DNA from: Patescibacteria group bacterium
GTDB taxonomy: Bacteria > Patescibacteriota > Minisyncoccia > Phycocordibacterales > UBA918
Length of the DNA: 64,000 nucleotides
Assembly (NCBI GenBank): GCA_019750255.1
Contig: JAIEOU010000001.1
Location: 36,006 to 100,005, forward strand
Direction of reading: 5' to 3'
Position 1 is the stretch's first letter. The number at the start of each line of letters is the position of its first letter. The position numbers and the translations under genes were made by a program. Below are positions 27,321-37,309 of this stretch, one piece after another. The notes below the pieces were generated by a model that saw nothing but the letters and a program-made list of their open reading frames with translations, was not told where the DNA came from and did not search any database.

Positions 27321-29846
27321 CTAGCGGACCAGTGTCCACCCACCTCCACTAATGAGCGGTTCTGCCTTTTTATACTTCAGAGTCTGACTGGTAGTGCCAT
27401 CGGTAATAGTCACCAGATCATTTCGTTCCGGCTCGTTACTATCTGCCCGCACAGGCGCAGCGACACGCTTAGCCGCCGAGGCTGACTCACCAGCCGCTGC
27501 CTGGGCTGCTTCTGATTGCTTGCGCATTTCGTCCTCCTCAGCTATCACAACGCGCGGTACGAGGCGCGGCAGCATGTCTGCTACTCGCACCAGAACCACA
27601 TGTAGCATTTCTTTAAATAGACGCGTTCCTTCCTTGCGGTATTCGATAAGCGGGTCCCTCTGTCCATAGGCGCGAAGGTTTACACTCGAACGCGTGTAGC
27701 TCATGACCTCCAGATGCTCGACCCAGAGCGTATCAATCGTCTGCAGCGCCAGGCGACGGAAGAGATCAAGGAAATCATGTTCACCGAGTTCAGTCCGCTT
27801 AGCCTCAATCACGGCCTCAGCTTCGGGAATTGACCCCGTGAGCTCACCAAGCATCAACGACACCTCTTCTGCGTCACCGAGGAGTAGCTTACGACGCCGC
27901 TTGTAAATTACGGTCCGCTGCTGATTAAGGACATCGTCATAAGCCAAAATCTGCTTTCGCGCGTCGAAGTGAAAGCCTTCAATACGGGTCTGCGCACTTT
28001 CGAGCGTATTTGAAAGCATACGCATTTCGATTGGCTGGTCTTCTGGTATGCCAAAGGTACCCATGAGACTTTTTACCCGATCGCCACCAAACACGCGCAT
28101 CAGTGTGTCATCCATAGAGACAAAAAACTGAGTTGCTCCGAAGTCTCCCTGTCGACCAGAACGACCGCGTAACTGGTTATCGATGCGCCGCGCTTCGTGG
28201 CGTTCAGTACCGAGCACAAACAGCCCGCCAAGGGTGCGGATTTCTTCAGCCATTTCGGGAGTCGCTTCAGGCCCGCCGAGTTTAATGTCGACACCACGAC
28301 CAGCCATGTTAGTAGCGAGCGTTACTCCGCCCCTTTTTCCAGCCGCGGCGATAATTTCACCTTCACGCTCGTGATTCTTGGCGTTCAGCATCTCATGCGG
28401 CACCCGAGCGGCAGAGAGAGCGGCAGAGAGACGTTCATTCGCTTCAATCGAAGCGGTACCAATAAGTATTGGTTGACCGGTTTCGTGCACCGCTTTAACC
28501 TTGCTGATGATGGCTGCAAACTTACCTGCTTCGTTTTGGAAAATAAGGTCGTTGTGGTCAGTACGCCGCACCGGCTTATTAGTTGGAATGGGAACCACCT
28601 CGAGCTTGTACACGGTATAAAACTCTTCAAGGGATGTAAGGGCTGTACCGGTCATGCCAGCCAACTTATCGTACATGCGGAAATAGTTCTGGTAGGTGAT
28701 GGAAGCGTAGGTTTTGGACTCGCGCTGAATCGCCACCCCTTCTTTGGCCTCAACCGCTTGATGAAGTCCTTCTGACCAGCGTCGCCCAGGTTGTAGACGA
28801 CCGGTAAACTCATCGACAATCATAACCTCACCATCCCGCACCACATACTCCTTGTCACGCGTAAAAAGAGCCTCGGCGCGCACGGCGGTCTCGAGGTGGT
28901 GGACATACTTGATGCCTCGTTCGGTGTAAATATTCTCTACCCCAAGCAACCGCTCAGCCGCTTCTATTCCGGCATCATTAAGCGCAATCGATTTCTGCTT
29001 TTCATCCACCTCGTAGTGCGTATCCTTCTGTAGCTGCTTGGCAATATACGCGAACTGAACGTAGAAGTTTTCCGACTCATTAGCTGGTGCAGAAATAATG
29101 AGCGGGGTTCGTGCCTCATCGATAAGAATGGAGTCAATTTCGTCCACGATTGCAAAAGCATGTTCGCGCTGCCGGAGCTGCTCGGGATTAAATTCGATAT
29201 TATCGCGTAGGTAATCGAAACCAAATTCACTATTTGTACCGTAGGTGATATCAGCTTCGTATGCCTCCTTACGAGAACACGGGCGAAGAAACTCGTGGAG
29301 TACTTTATACGATCCCACCTCATCGCGCTCCTCATCGCTCTCTTGATGAGCCGGATCGTAAAGGTACGAAGCGTCATGATTAATTACACCCACCGACAAT
29401 CCAAGGGCAGTATAAATTTGACCCATCCAAACCGCATCACGACGCGACAGATAGTCATTGACCGTAATGACGTGTACTCCCTTTCCTGTAAGCGCATTTA
29501 AATATGCAGGCAGTGTTCCCACCAGCGTTTTTCCTTCACCCGTACGCATTTCAGTAATTTTGCCCCGATGCAAAATAATGCCACCGATCAACTGCACATC
29601 GAAGTGACGCATCGAAAGTGTGCGGTGGGCAGACTCACGAGTAAGGGCGTACGCCTCAGTGAGCGCATCATCCAATGACAGACCACCCTCTACACGGGCC
29701 TTTAGCGCTAAAGAACGTTCACGAAGCTCAGCATCGGATAAGGCTTGCAGTTCAGGCTCCAGCGCTCCAATGGCAGTAACTAAAGGCGCAAGTGACTTAA
29801 GCTCCTTATCGTAGCTGGGCCCAAAAAATCTATCTAAAAATGACAT
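27321..29846 (-). CDS. secA: Preprotein translocase ATPase SecA
   Basis: MRTGEGKT, TVNDYL, DEIDSILIDEARTPLIIS, ATNMAGRG, QLRGRSGRQGD; no C-terminal zinc finger. Confidence 0.97.
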   Translation of the reverse strand: MSFLDRFFGPSYDKELKSLAPLVTAIGALEPELQALSDAELRERSLALKARVEGGLSLDDALTEAYALTRESAHRTLSMRHFDVQLIGGIILHRGKITEMRTGEGKTLVGTLPAYLNALTGKGVHVITVNDYLSRRDAVWMGQIYTALGLSVGVINHDASYLYDPAHQESDEERDEVGSYKVLHEFLRPCSRKEAYEADITYGTNSEFGFDYLRDNIEFNPEQLRQREHAFAIVDEIDSILIDEARTPLIISAPANESENFYVQFAYIAKQLQKDTHYEVDEKQKSIALNDAGIEAAERLLGVENIYTERGIKYVHHLETAVRAEALFTRDKEYVVRDGEVMIVDEFTGRLQPGRRWSEGLHQAVEAKEGVAIQRESKTYASITYQNYFRMYDKLAGMTGTALTSLEEFYTVYKLEVVPIPTNKPVRRTDHNDLIFQNEAGKFAAIISKVKAVHETGQPILIGTASIEANERLSAALSAARVPHEMLNAKNHEREGEIIAAAGKRGGVTLATNMAGRGVDIKLGGPEATPEMAEEIRTLGGLFVLGTERHEARRIDNQLRGRSGRQGDFGATQFFVSMDDTLMRVFGGDRVKSLMGTFGIPEDQPIEMRMLSNTLESAQTRIEGFHFDARKQILAYDDVLNQQRTVIYKRRRKLLLGDAEEVSLMLGELTGSIPEAEAVIEAKRTELGEHDFLDLFRRLALQTIDTLWVEHLEVMSYTRSSVNLRAYGQRDPLIEYRKEGTRLFKEMLHVVLVRVADMLPRLVPRVVIAEEDEMRKQSEAAQAAAGESASAAKRVAAPVRADSNEPERNDLVTITDGTTSQTLKYKKAEPLISGGGWTLVR

Positions 29847-29883
29847 AGTGGGGCTAAGTATATACGCACCTGTGTATAAATAC

Positions 29884-29958
29884 AAAAAAGCAAAATCGCC
29901 CGTGGAGGGGCGATTATGCTATTAGTCTGATGCGAAGGTGATAGACACCTTCGGCATC
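29884..29958 (-). terminator. Tandem hairpins/terminator after the H1-like gene
   Basis: gatgcgaaggtg/caccttcggcatc and aatcgccc/gggcgatt stems with an adjacent A-run (U-tail on the minus strand). Confidence 0.6.
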
Positions 29959-29960
29959 AA

Positions 29961-30101
29961 CTATCGCTTTTTTGCTACTTTCTTTGCTACCTTCTTTACC
30001 GTTTTTTTTGGAGCTACCTTTTTTGCTACAGTCTTCTTCACAACCTTCTTTGCTACTTTCTTTGCTACAGTCTTCTTTACTGCTTTCTTGGCTACTGCCA
30101 T
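29961..30101 (-). CDS. Histone H1-like Lys/Ala/Val-rich small basic protein (46 aa)
   Basis: MAVAKKAVKKTVAKKVAKKVVKKTVAKKVAPKKTVKKVAKKVAKKR; has its own terminator and an AT-rich upstream region. Confidence 0.8.
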   Translation of the reverse strand: MAVAKKAVKKTVAKKVAKKVVKKTVAKKVAPKKTVKKVAKKVAKKR

Positions 30102-30231
30102 AGTGATGAGAGTTTTGTGGTTATAAATTCGACCGCAAGACCTTCTGTGATGAATCACCAGTGAGAAGATGTCTGCTTATATCTATTATCACGAGTAAAA
30201 AATATTTATACAATCGTTTTAAAAAAAATAG

Positions 30232-30240
30232 TGTGGATAA
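30232..30240 (-). promoter_or_regulatory. Consensus DnaA box (TTATCCACA) in the AT-rich region upstream of the H1-like gene
   Basis: tgtggataa at 30232-30240; a second consensus box tgtgtataa lies at 29871-29879 upstream of secA. Confidence 0.5.
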
Positions 30241-30287
30241 TTTTAATTTTATTTTTTTAATTCTAAAAAATTATTTTATTTATTTAT

Positions 30288-31304
30288 TTACACGCTCGTT
30301 ACTTCTCTCTCAATTACAATTCCTGTCGCTGAAAAAACTTTCTTACTGATTGCATCGGCAAACATCGTAATGTCCTGTGCGCGCACGCCCGTTTCTGCCA
30401 CGAGTACAAGTGCCTGCTTTTCGTAGAGCCGAACAAACCCTTCCCTATATCCTTTCAGTCCACACACCTTATCGAGAATAAAACCGAGCGAACACTTTAC
30501 GTGTGTCTCACTGACACCGTAGAGCGGTAATTCAGGGTACATCGCTTTCAGTGACTCTGCATGACTTCGTACAATGATTGGGTTTTTAAAGAACGAGCCA
30601 GCCGTACCAACGGTCTGCCAATCAGGGAATTTTTGCGAGCGTACCGCAATTATATGAGCGCGGACACTCTGCGGATCAGTCGGCAAAGCGTGAGCAAACC
30701 GCATTGCCAGGTCTCCGTAATCGATTCGTGGTTGCGGACTGCTCGACAAAATAAACGTTACACTCGTAATGACGTACTCACTACCTTCGGTAGTTTTAAA
30801 AAATGAAGAGCGGTAATCAAAGTCACACTCGGCTTGGGAAAAAGTGCGTTCAGTAGCCGTTTTTAAATGAAGTGTTTGCACCTCGAAAATACAGTCTCCC
30901 ACCTCGACACCGTACGCTCCCACATTTTGAATTGGTGTCGCTCCAACGGTACCGGGAATATGCGAAAGATTTTCTAATCCCCAATAACCCCTCTCTACAC
31001 AGTGGGCAACGAACTCATCAAATACCACACCAGCACCGACCGTCACTCGTACCTCCTCACCTGTGTGAGCAAACATTATCCCTTGGATTCCCATCTGTAT
31101 CACTACGCCAGCAAACCCATCATCAGACACAAGTACGTTTGACCCACCACCGAGTACAAAAATCGGCAATGAGTGTTGCTCTGCAAAACTCATTGCCGAT
31201 CTAAGCTCCTCTTCACTCTGTACTCGTGTGAAGTACTTCGCCTCACCACCAACCTTGAGGGTTGTATGACGAGCCAATGACACCCCAACAGCGAGTCGTG
31301 GCAT
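30288..31304 (-). CDS. murB: UDP-N-acetylmuramate dehydrogenase
   Basis: HTTLKVGG, LGGGSNVL, GLENLSHIPGTVGATPIQNVGAYG, FDYRSSFFK, AGSFFKNP, EREV. Confidence 0.95.
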   Translation of the reverse strand: MPRLAVGVSLARHTTLKVGGEAKYFTRVQSEEELRSAMSFAEQHSLPIFVLGGGSNVLVSDDGFAGVVIQMGIQGIMFAHTGEEVRVTVGAGVVFDEFVAHCVERGYWGLENLSHIPGTVGATPIQNVGAYGVEVGDCIFEVQTLHLKTATERTFSQAECDFDYRSSFFKTTEGSEYVITSVTFILSSSPQPRIDYGDLAMRFAHALPTDPQSVRAHIIAVRSQKFPDWQTVGTAGSFFKNPIIVRSHAESLKAMYPELPLYGVSETHVKCSLGFILDKVCGLKGYREGFVRLYEKQALVLVAETGVRAQDITMFADAISKKVFSATGIVIEREVTSV

Positions 31305-31306
31305 GC

Positions 31307-33496
31307 TTAGCTTGGTGCACAGGCCGTATCAGGCGCGCGACCGTTCTTGATGTTATCGGCAATACATTCTGCTGGTTTCTTAAATGAGGGCACCACTTCC
31401 CCACCCTCGGTGAGAATTTGAAGTGCACGATCGATATCGTTCATCTGGTAGTAGACAAACGCTAAGCTTGCCCAATTTTGCGCGTTCTCTGGATTCTTAT
31501 CTCGACGAATGGTAAACAACTCAGCCAAGAATGGCAGGTCGCCAGCTGCGTTTACTCCGTTAATAAGAAAGTCACTGGCCGCAAACCGCTCTTTGGTAGC
31601 CTCATTATCCACGAGTGCCTTAGCGCCTTCGGCGTCGCCCGTGAAGAAAAGTGCTGCGGCGTAATATTCACGCGCTTCGGCATTGTCTTGTGCCAGGTCA
31701 AACGCTTCCTTAAAGAAATCCCGGGCGGCCTCATTATTATTGCGTGTGAACTCAACAATTCCTTGCTGGGCAATAATGGCTTGTTTACGCGGTGAGAGGC
31801 TGCGTGCAATCGCCATTTGTTCAGCTGCCTTTTCTACTTCATTAAAGGACCGGTAGAAAGTTCCAAGAAACACGTGCACACGGGCGTCACCTGGCTTCTC
31901 CTTCACAAAGGCGAGGAGTTCGGCTTCAGCGCGCGTTACAAACTTGCCCCGCGTCTCTTCTGACACCGCCTGATTACGTGCGATGTTCATCGCTTGCTGG
32001 GCAAACTGCTCAACAATTTCTTGTCGGGCAAATGAATCACGCGACAGCGCTCGCTCAAAGGCCGCAAGCTGGTCTTCCGGTGAGGCTGATCGATAACTAT
32101 CAATGATATCCCCTGCAGCTTGCATGTTGGGCACGTGGAGGGTGTAAATGACTGCCACAAGGAGCACGAGCGCTACCGGCGCCGCAAACTGTGCTACCAC
32201 CTTCTCATCAATTCGTACGGCGTCTACACGAGGGAACACTACCGACACTCGCTGGTGAATGAGGCCAAGAATGACCGCAAAGAATATATAACTAATGATG
32301 TTATCAAACACCACGAGATTGTGCGTCACATAGCCAGCAAGAATACCGAGGAGGACAGCGCGCTCGAGTACAGTAAATGTTTCATCGTTATGTTTAAACG
32401 GTCTCCACAGAAGGTAGTAGAGACATGCCAAAAATAGACTGACGTACGCCAAGAAACCCAGGACACCACCAGCAATCAGCCAGTCAAGAACAATATTGTG
32501 CGTTCGATCAAACCATTGCTCCTGACTATACAGACGCGGCTCGTACTGCGCATTAAAGACGTAGTTAAAGTTGCCTTGACCCCAGCCTAGAAGCGGTCGC
32601 TCTTTCACTCCTTCAAAGGCCATCTGCCAAATGGTCCCACGAGTTGAAAGCTCGCTCAGTGAAATATTCGCAATACGGGCGAGATTTCCGTTACTCTGAA
32701 CAAATTCAGTATCTCGAGCAGCTACGAATATTCCCGTTGCCACCACAATGAAAACAAAGGCTGCAATGGCATATTTACGGAACTCTCTGAACTGCGTAGC
32801 AAAGAGTGCTATGTATGCCACCATAACGGTACTGCCGGCAAGAAAGCCGAGCGCTGTACCACGAGTACCGGTGTTGATGAGCGTAAAAATGAACATTCCT
32901 GCCAGCAGAGCAAACAGCACACGCGACAAGGTGGTCTTACTCTCCACAAACATCCAGAAGGCGAAGAAGATATGGAAGAGCATATAAATCGCCATATACG
33001 CGGCATTACCAAGCTGTCCATCAATACGACCACGGTTCCCTTCTATCAGACCGCCGAACTGCGCCAGACCATGGAACGAAACAAAGAATGCCACGGCGAG
33101 CGTTGTATACATGAAGTAGAGCCAGTAGCGTTTTTCGGTAAACATACTACCGAGCACAAGTACGAGGAGATACACATGTATGAGGGTGATGTACCCGTCC
33201 ATACGCTCAAAATTACTAAAGAAACCAGTCGAAACATGCTCACCAAAGAGGTTGGCGAAGAACATCACAATCATGAGCGCACTCATACTGACGAGTACCC
33301 AGGAAAACTTTGGCCGATACCGGCGATCAAGAAGTGCGAGCAGCGCCCACAACACAAACACAATCTCTACAATTATACGAAAGGCGAAGTTTTTACCGGT
33401 AATGAAGGGAAAGAAATAATCGTTTTCAACGTACAGAGTAAGAAACGGAATCAAAAACAACCCTCCAAAGACAAGTGTCTTAAGTATATCTTTCAT
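31307..33496 (-). CDS. O-antigen ligase / O-oligosaccharyltransferase family membrane protein with C-terminal TPRs
   Basis: About 12 TM helices, GQLGNAAY, TGTRG, RGTIWQMA...ERPLLGWGQGNF, DRTHNIVLD (Wzy_C), TPR-like tail. Confidence 0.88.
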   Translation of the reverse strand: MKDILKTLVFGGLFLIPFLTLYVENDYFFPFITGKNFAFRIIVEIVFVLWALLALLDRRYRPKFSWVLVSMSALMIVMFFANLFGEHVSTGFFSNFERMDGYITLIHVYLLVLVLGSMFTEKRYWLYFMYTTLAVAFFVSFHGLAQFGGLIEGNRGRIDGQLGNAAYMAIYMLFHIFFAFWMFVESKTTLSRVLFALLAGMFIFTLINTGTRGTALGFLAGSTVMVAYIALFATQFREFRKYAIAAFVFIVVATGIFVAARDTEFVQSNGNLARIANISLSELSTRGTIWQMAFEGVKERPLLGWGQGNFNYVFNAQYEPRLYSQEQWFDRTHNIVLDWLIAGGVLGFLAYVSLFLACLYYLLWRPFKHNDETFTVLERAVLLGILAGYVTHNLVVFDNIISYIFFAVILGLIHQRVSVVFPRVDAVRIDEKVVAQFAAPVALVLLVAVIYTLHVPNMQAAGDIIDSYRSASPEDQLAAFERALSRDSFARQEIVEQFAQQAMNIARNQAVSEETRGKFVTRAEAELLAFVKEKPGDARVHVFLGTFYRSFNEVEKAAEQMAIARSLSPRKQAIIAQQGIVEFTRNNNEAARDFFKEAFDLAQDNAEAREYYAAALFFTGDAEGAKALVDNEATKERFAASDFLINGVNAAGDLPFLAELFTIRRDKNPENAQNWASLAFVYYQMNDIDRALQILTEGGEVVPSFKKPAECIADNIKNGRAPDTACAPS

Positions 33497-33625
33497 ATGG
33501 GCACCACTATACCACAAGCTTTTCCGGCCTTCTGGCTAGACGACTCGGGACAAAGCCGGTCTAACACACGATCACAGTACCTACTACGCTCGCGCCGGTG
33601 CGGTGCACTGACCAGACTTCCGGCT

Positions 33626-34477
33626 TTATCCATAAATTGCCTTCAGCAAATCCAGGTCCTTACTTGTACTGCGTAATAATTGATTATTTTTATCTTCGAG
33701 GGCACGTAAAACCGCGACACCTTCCTCGTCGCCTGGGCGCACATCGGCATAATGCTGCCGTAGTGCTGCCAAATCTTTTGGGAAGCAATGTCCTCCCGCC
33801 CCTCGACCAACGACCGCTCCAGGATGACCGCTACTGTCGCGTACATTCATGTGGCTGGTACCAATGCGCGGATCAGCCGCAAGCGCGTCCGCAACGAGCT
33901 CGTGCGAAGCACCGAGTGTTCCGGCCAAATCACACAGAAGATTCATATAAATTACTTTCATTGCCAAAAAACAGTTGCCACCGTACTTTATCAACTCAGC
34001 TTCGTGAGAAAGGCAAACTTTTTCATACGCTGCTTTTGGCAGCACTTCGAGCAACCGTTGGGCGGCACTTTGGTAGAGCGGGGTATCCTGCGCCATACCT
34101 ATAATGGTTCGCTCTGGGTGGCGAGTATCATGCGCAGCCGACTTCTCTCGCAAAAACTCAGGGGCATGGACTATCAAACGGTCCGGAAAAAGGTGCGCGA
34201 GGCGGGCTGTGGTTCCCGGTAGAATAGTTGATTTAATTACCGCCAACTTCCCTACCCCCACAAGTGGCAACACCTTTTCTACACTACTGGCATCAAAACC
34301 CTCGGGGGTTGTAGGCGTCGGTACAGCAATAAAAACAATTTCACACTCCGCAATAGCAGCCCTGTTGTGGACATACGGTTCTTCAAGTGCGTAGCGAACA
34401 ACCCTATAGCCGCGCTCTTCAAAGTCGTCTGCCAGATGGCGACCAATAAATCCTTGCCCGATAAATCCAATAGTCAT
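33626..34477 (-). CDS. UDP-glucose/GDP-mannose dehydrogenase family protein (short form)
   Basis: GQGFIG, IAVPTP, IKSTILPGT, PEFLRE, AELIKY..N, GAGGHCFPKD; lacks the C-terminal UDP-binding domain. Confidence 0.88.
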   Translation of the reverse strand: MTIGFIGQGFIGRHLADDFEERGYRVVRYALEEPYVHNRAAIAECEIVFIAVPTPTTPEGFDASSVEKVLPLVGVGKLAVIKSTILPGTTARLAHLFPDRLIVHAPEFLREKSAAHDTRHPERTIIGMAQDTPLYQSAAQRLLEVLPKAAYEKVCLSHEAELIKYGGNCFLAMKVIYMNLLCDLAGTLGASHELVADALAADPRIGTSHMNVRDSSGHPGAVVGRGAGGHCFPKDLAALRQHYADVRPGDEEGVAVLRALEDKNNQLLRSTSKDLDLLKAIYG

Positions 34478-34590
34478 AGTGGGATACATTGATGTGATGC
34501 TAGTACTGTGTATGCAACGATTGGTCTAGTAATTTTGTTACAAAAAGACCAGCTTACGCTGCACCGTTACTATGCTAGTATAGCCACATT

Positions 34591-35646
34591 ATGAAAAAAG
34601 CCCTTATCACCGGTATTACTGGACAGGACGGATCATATCTTGCCGAGCTTTTGCTTCAGAAAGGTTACGAGGTGCACGGAATCATTCGCCCATCCAGCTC
34701 CATCCGTACCTGGCGAATTGACCACCTCTACAATGATCCCGCTGTGCTGGATAAAAAACTTTTTCTTCACTATGGTGATATGACTGATTCAGTCAACTTG
34801 ACCACTCTTATGGCCACCATCCGCCCGGACGAAGTCTACAATTTAGCTGCGCAAAGCCATGTCAAGATTTCTTTTGAGGTACCCGAGACTACGGCACAGA
34901 CTGACGGTATCGGTACACTTAAGCTACTTGAAGCTATCCGTTCGGTCGGCCTCGCAAGCACCACGCGCACCTATCAAGCCTCAACTTCTGAACTCTACGG
35001 GCTCGTGCAAGAGACACCACAAAACGAAACTACCCCGTTCTACCCACGCAGCCCTTATGGCGTAGCAAAACTCTATAGTTTTTGGATTATTAAAAACTAC
35101 CGCGAGGCCTATAACATGTTTGCGTGTAACGGAATCCTTTTTAATCACGAAAGTGAACGCCGCGGCTACAACTTTGTGACGCGAAAAATAACAATTGCTC
35201 TCGCTAAAATAAAATTAGGCCAGCAAGATGTTCTTGAGCTTGGCAATCTCGATGCTAAGCGCGACTGGGGTCATGCCCGAGAATACGTCGAGGCGATGTG
35301 GCGAATGCTCCAGCAAGAGACTCCTGACGACTTTGTTATCGCCACAGGCGAAACGCATTCTGTTCGTGAATTCATTGAGGCATGTTGCGTCGAGCTAGGC
35401 ATAACCCTGACTTGGGAAGGTACTGGAGTAGAAGAGGTGGGTATCGATACCGCAACTGGTAAAACAATTATTGCGGTAAGTCCACGGTACTTCCGCCCAG
35501 CTGAGGTCGACCTCCTCCTTGGAGACCCTACAAAAGCCAAGGAAAAACTTGGCTGGACACCAGAAATTACTTTTAAAAAACTTGCTGCGCTCATGATGCA
35601 GCACGACTACGCACTTGTTGCTGCAGGTAAACCCATTCTCTACTAA
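34591..35646 (+). CDS. gmd: GDP-mannose 4,6-dehydratase
   Basis: [56 protein letters not shown]. Confidence 0.97.
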   Translation: MKKALITGITGQDGSYLAELLLQKGYEVHGIIRPSSSIRTWRIDHLYNDPAVLDKKLFLHYGDMTDSVNLTTLMATIRPDEVYNLAAQSHVKISFEVPETTAQTDGIGTLKLLEAIRSVGLASTTRTYQASTSELYGLVQETPQNETTPFYPRSPYGVAKLYSFWIIKNYREAYNMFACNGILFNHESERRGYNFVTRKITIALAKIKLGQQDVLELGNLDAKRDWGHAREYVEAMWRMLQQETPDDFVIATGETHSVREFIEACCVELGITLTWEGTGVEEVGIDTATGKTIIAVSPRYFRPAEVDLLLGDPTKAKEKLGWTPEITFKKLAALMMQHDYALVAAGKPILY

Positions 35647-35658
35647 TCTAAACAGTCT

Positions 35659-36594
35659 ATGGATAAAACCGCCAAGATATTTATCGCCGGCCACCGCGGA
35701 CTCGTTGGTTCAGCCCTCGTACGCACCCTGACGGCTGCCGACTTCACCAATCTCATCACTCGCACACGGAGCGAGCTCGACCTCCTCGACTCAAAAGCCG
35801 TCGATACGTTTTTTTCGATAGAACGTCCCGATTATGTATTTTTCGCTGCCGCCAAGGTTGGAGGCATTATGTCCAACAAGACCTACCCAGCACATTTCAT
35901 CTACGAAAATCTTCAGATGCAAAATAACGTCATCCACGCCTCCCATACGCACGGGGTAAAAAAACTCTTATTTCTTGGCAGCTCGTGCATCTATCCAAAG
36001 CTCGCTCCGCAACCAATCAAGGAAGACTACCTACTTACCGGGCCACTAGAACCAACCAATCAAGCTTACGCTGTGGCAAAAATCGCTGGCATAACCATGT
36101 GTCAAAGTTATGCGAAGCAATACGGGAGTAATTTTATCAGTGTGATGCCAACCAATCTCTACGGCGAAAACGACAGTTTTGACTTAGCTAACTCACACGT
36201 CTTGCCGGCACTCATTCGCCGCTTTCATGAAGCTAAGGAGACAGGCTCACCCACTATCACTCTGTGGGGCACCGGCACTCCCATGCGGGAATTTATCCAC
36301 GTCGATGACATGGCGGCCGCGTGCCTCCACCTCATGCTGACGTACGATAACCCGGAGATTGTAAATATTGGTACGGGAGAAGACGTTACCATCAAGGGAT
36401 TAGCCGAAACCGTAGCGCGGGTCGTTGGCTATTCCGGAGCTATTGAATGGGACGCTTCTAAACCTGACGGCACTCCCCGAAAACTGCTTGACGTTACACG
36501 CCTCCATAGCCTTGGCTTTAAACACACTATTGCGCTGGAAGACGGTATCACGCGCACCTACGAGTGGTACAAAAAGCAACCTCTACTACCATAA
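35659..36594 (+). CDS. fcl: GDP-L-fucose synthase
   Basis: AGHRGLVGSA, AAAKVGGI, LGSSCIYPK, YAVAKIAG, MPTNLYG, SHVLPAL, KPDGTPRK. Confidence 0.96.
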   Translation: MDKTAKIFIAGHRGLVGSALVRTLTAADFTNLITRTRSELDLLDSKAVDTFFSIERPDYVFFAAAKVGGIMSNKTYPAHFIYENLQMQNNVIHASHTHGVKKLLFLGSSCIYPKLAPQPIKEDYLLTGPLEPTNQAYAVAKIAGITMCQSYAKQYGSNFISVMPTNLYGENDSFDLANSHVLPALIRRFHEAKETGSPTITLWGTGTPMREFIHVDDMAAACLHLMLTYDNPEIVNIGTGEDVTIKGLAETVARVVGYSGAIEWDASKPDGTPRKLLDVTRLHSLGFKHTIALEDGITRTYEWYKKQPLLP

Positions 36595-36598
36595 CGCC

Positions 36599-37309
36599 AT
36601 GCCGGACACCATCACCACTTTTGCCGGCCTTACGTTGACACCAGAGATTAAGACGGTCATGCTCGATCTCGACAATACATGTTACGAGTACGACCCCTGC
36701 CACCACGCCGCTCTGACTGCCGTCGAAGAGCTACTCACCTCATTTAAACAGTACCCCGAGGGGGTTGTAGATTTTCATGTCCAGTATACAAAAGCTCAAA
36801 TGCGCGTGAAGTCCCGCATCCCGAATCATGCCTCCAGCCACTCACGAGTTCTTTATTTTCAGGCGCTTTTAGAAAATTTAGATGACCCTTATATATATGA
36901 GCGCTGTATTGCGCTCGAGCAAAAATACTGGTCTGTTTTTATAGACACTATGGTGGTTACTGATGGATTACTCGATTTTCTTGCGCACTGCCACACGCGT
37001 GATACAAAAGTAGTAGTTGTTTCTGATCTTACTACGTCGCTCCAATGCCAAAAACTGCTTTCGCTCGGCATGTCATCCTATGTGCACGCGCTCGTTACCT
37101 CTGAAGAGGCGGGGGCAGAAAAACCCGATCCAAGACCATTCCTCTATGGACTAGAAAAAGTTGGTGGCGAGTCGGCAACGGCCGTAATGATTGGAGACAA
37201 CAGCGAGCGCGATATCACCGGTGCCAAAGCCCTTGGTATCGCCACCATACTTTTTAGACATGCCGCACCTTCAAAAGACACTTCTGTACGACAAGACCGG
37301 CACGTTTAA
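36599..37309 (+). CDS. HAD-superfamily phosphatase
   Basis: DLDNT motif I, VVSD, SEEAGAEKPDP, MIGDNSERDITGA. Confidence 0.92.
   Translation: MPDTITTFAGLTLTPEIKTVMLDLDNTCYEYDPCHHAALTAVEELLTSFKQYPEGVVDFHVQYTKAQMRVKSRIPNHASSHSRVLYFQALLENLDDPYIYERCIALEQKYWSVFIDTMVVTDGLLDFLAHCHTRDTKVVVVSDLTTSLQCQKLLSLGMSSYVHALVTSEEAGAEKPDPRPFLYGLEKVGGESATAVMIGDNSERDITGAKALGIATILFRHAAPSKDTSVRQDRHV

Noticed and set aside
29871-30290. Replication origin (DnaA boxes plus AT-rich tract)
   Set aside because: Only two consensus boxes about 360 bp apart, no dnaA/dnaN nearby and no apparent skew change.
32972-33676. 234-aa plus-strand ORF, and similar shadow ORFs such as 38480-39298 and 56080-56583
   Set aside because: They overlap well-supported genes antisense or out of frame and show no recognisable motifs.
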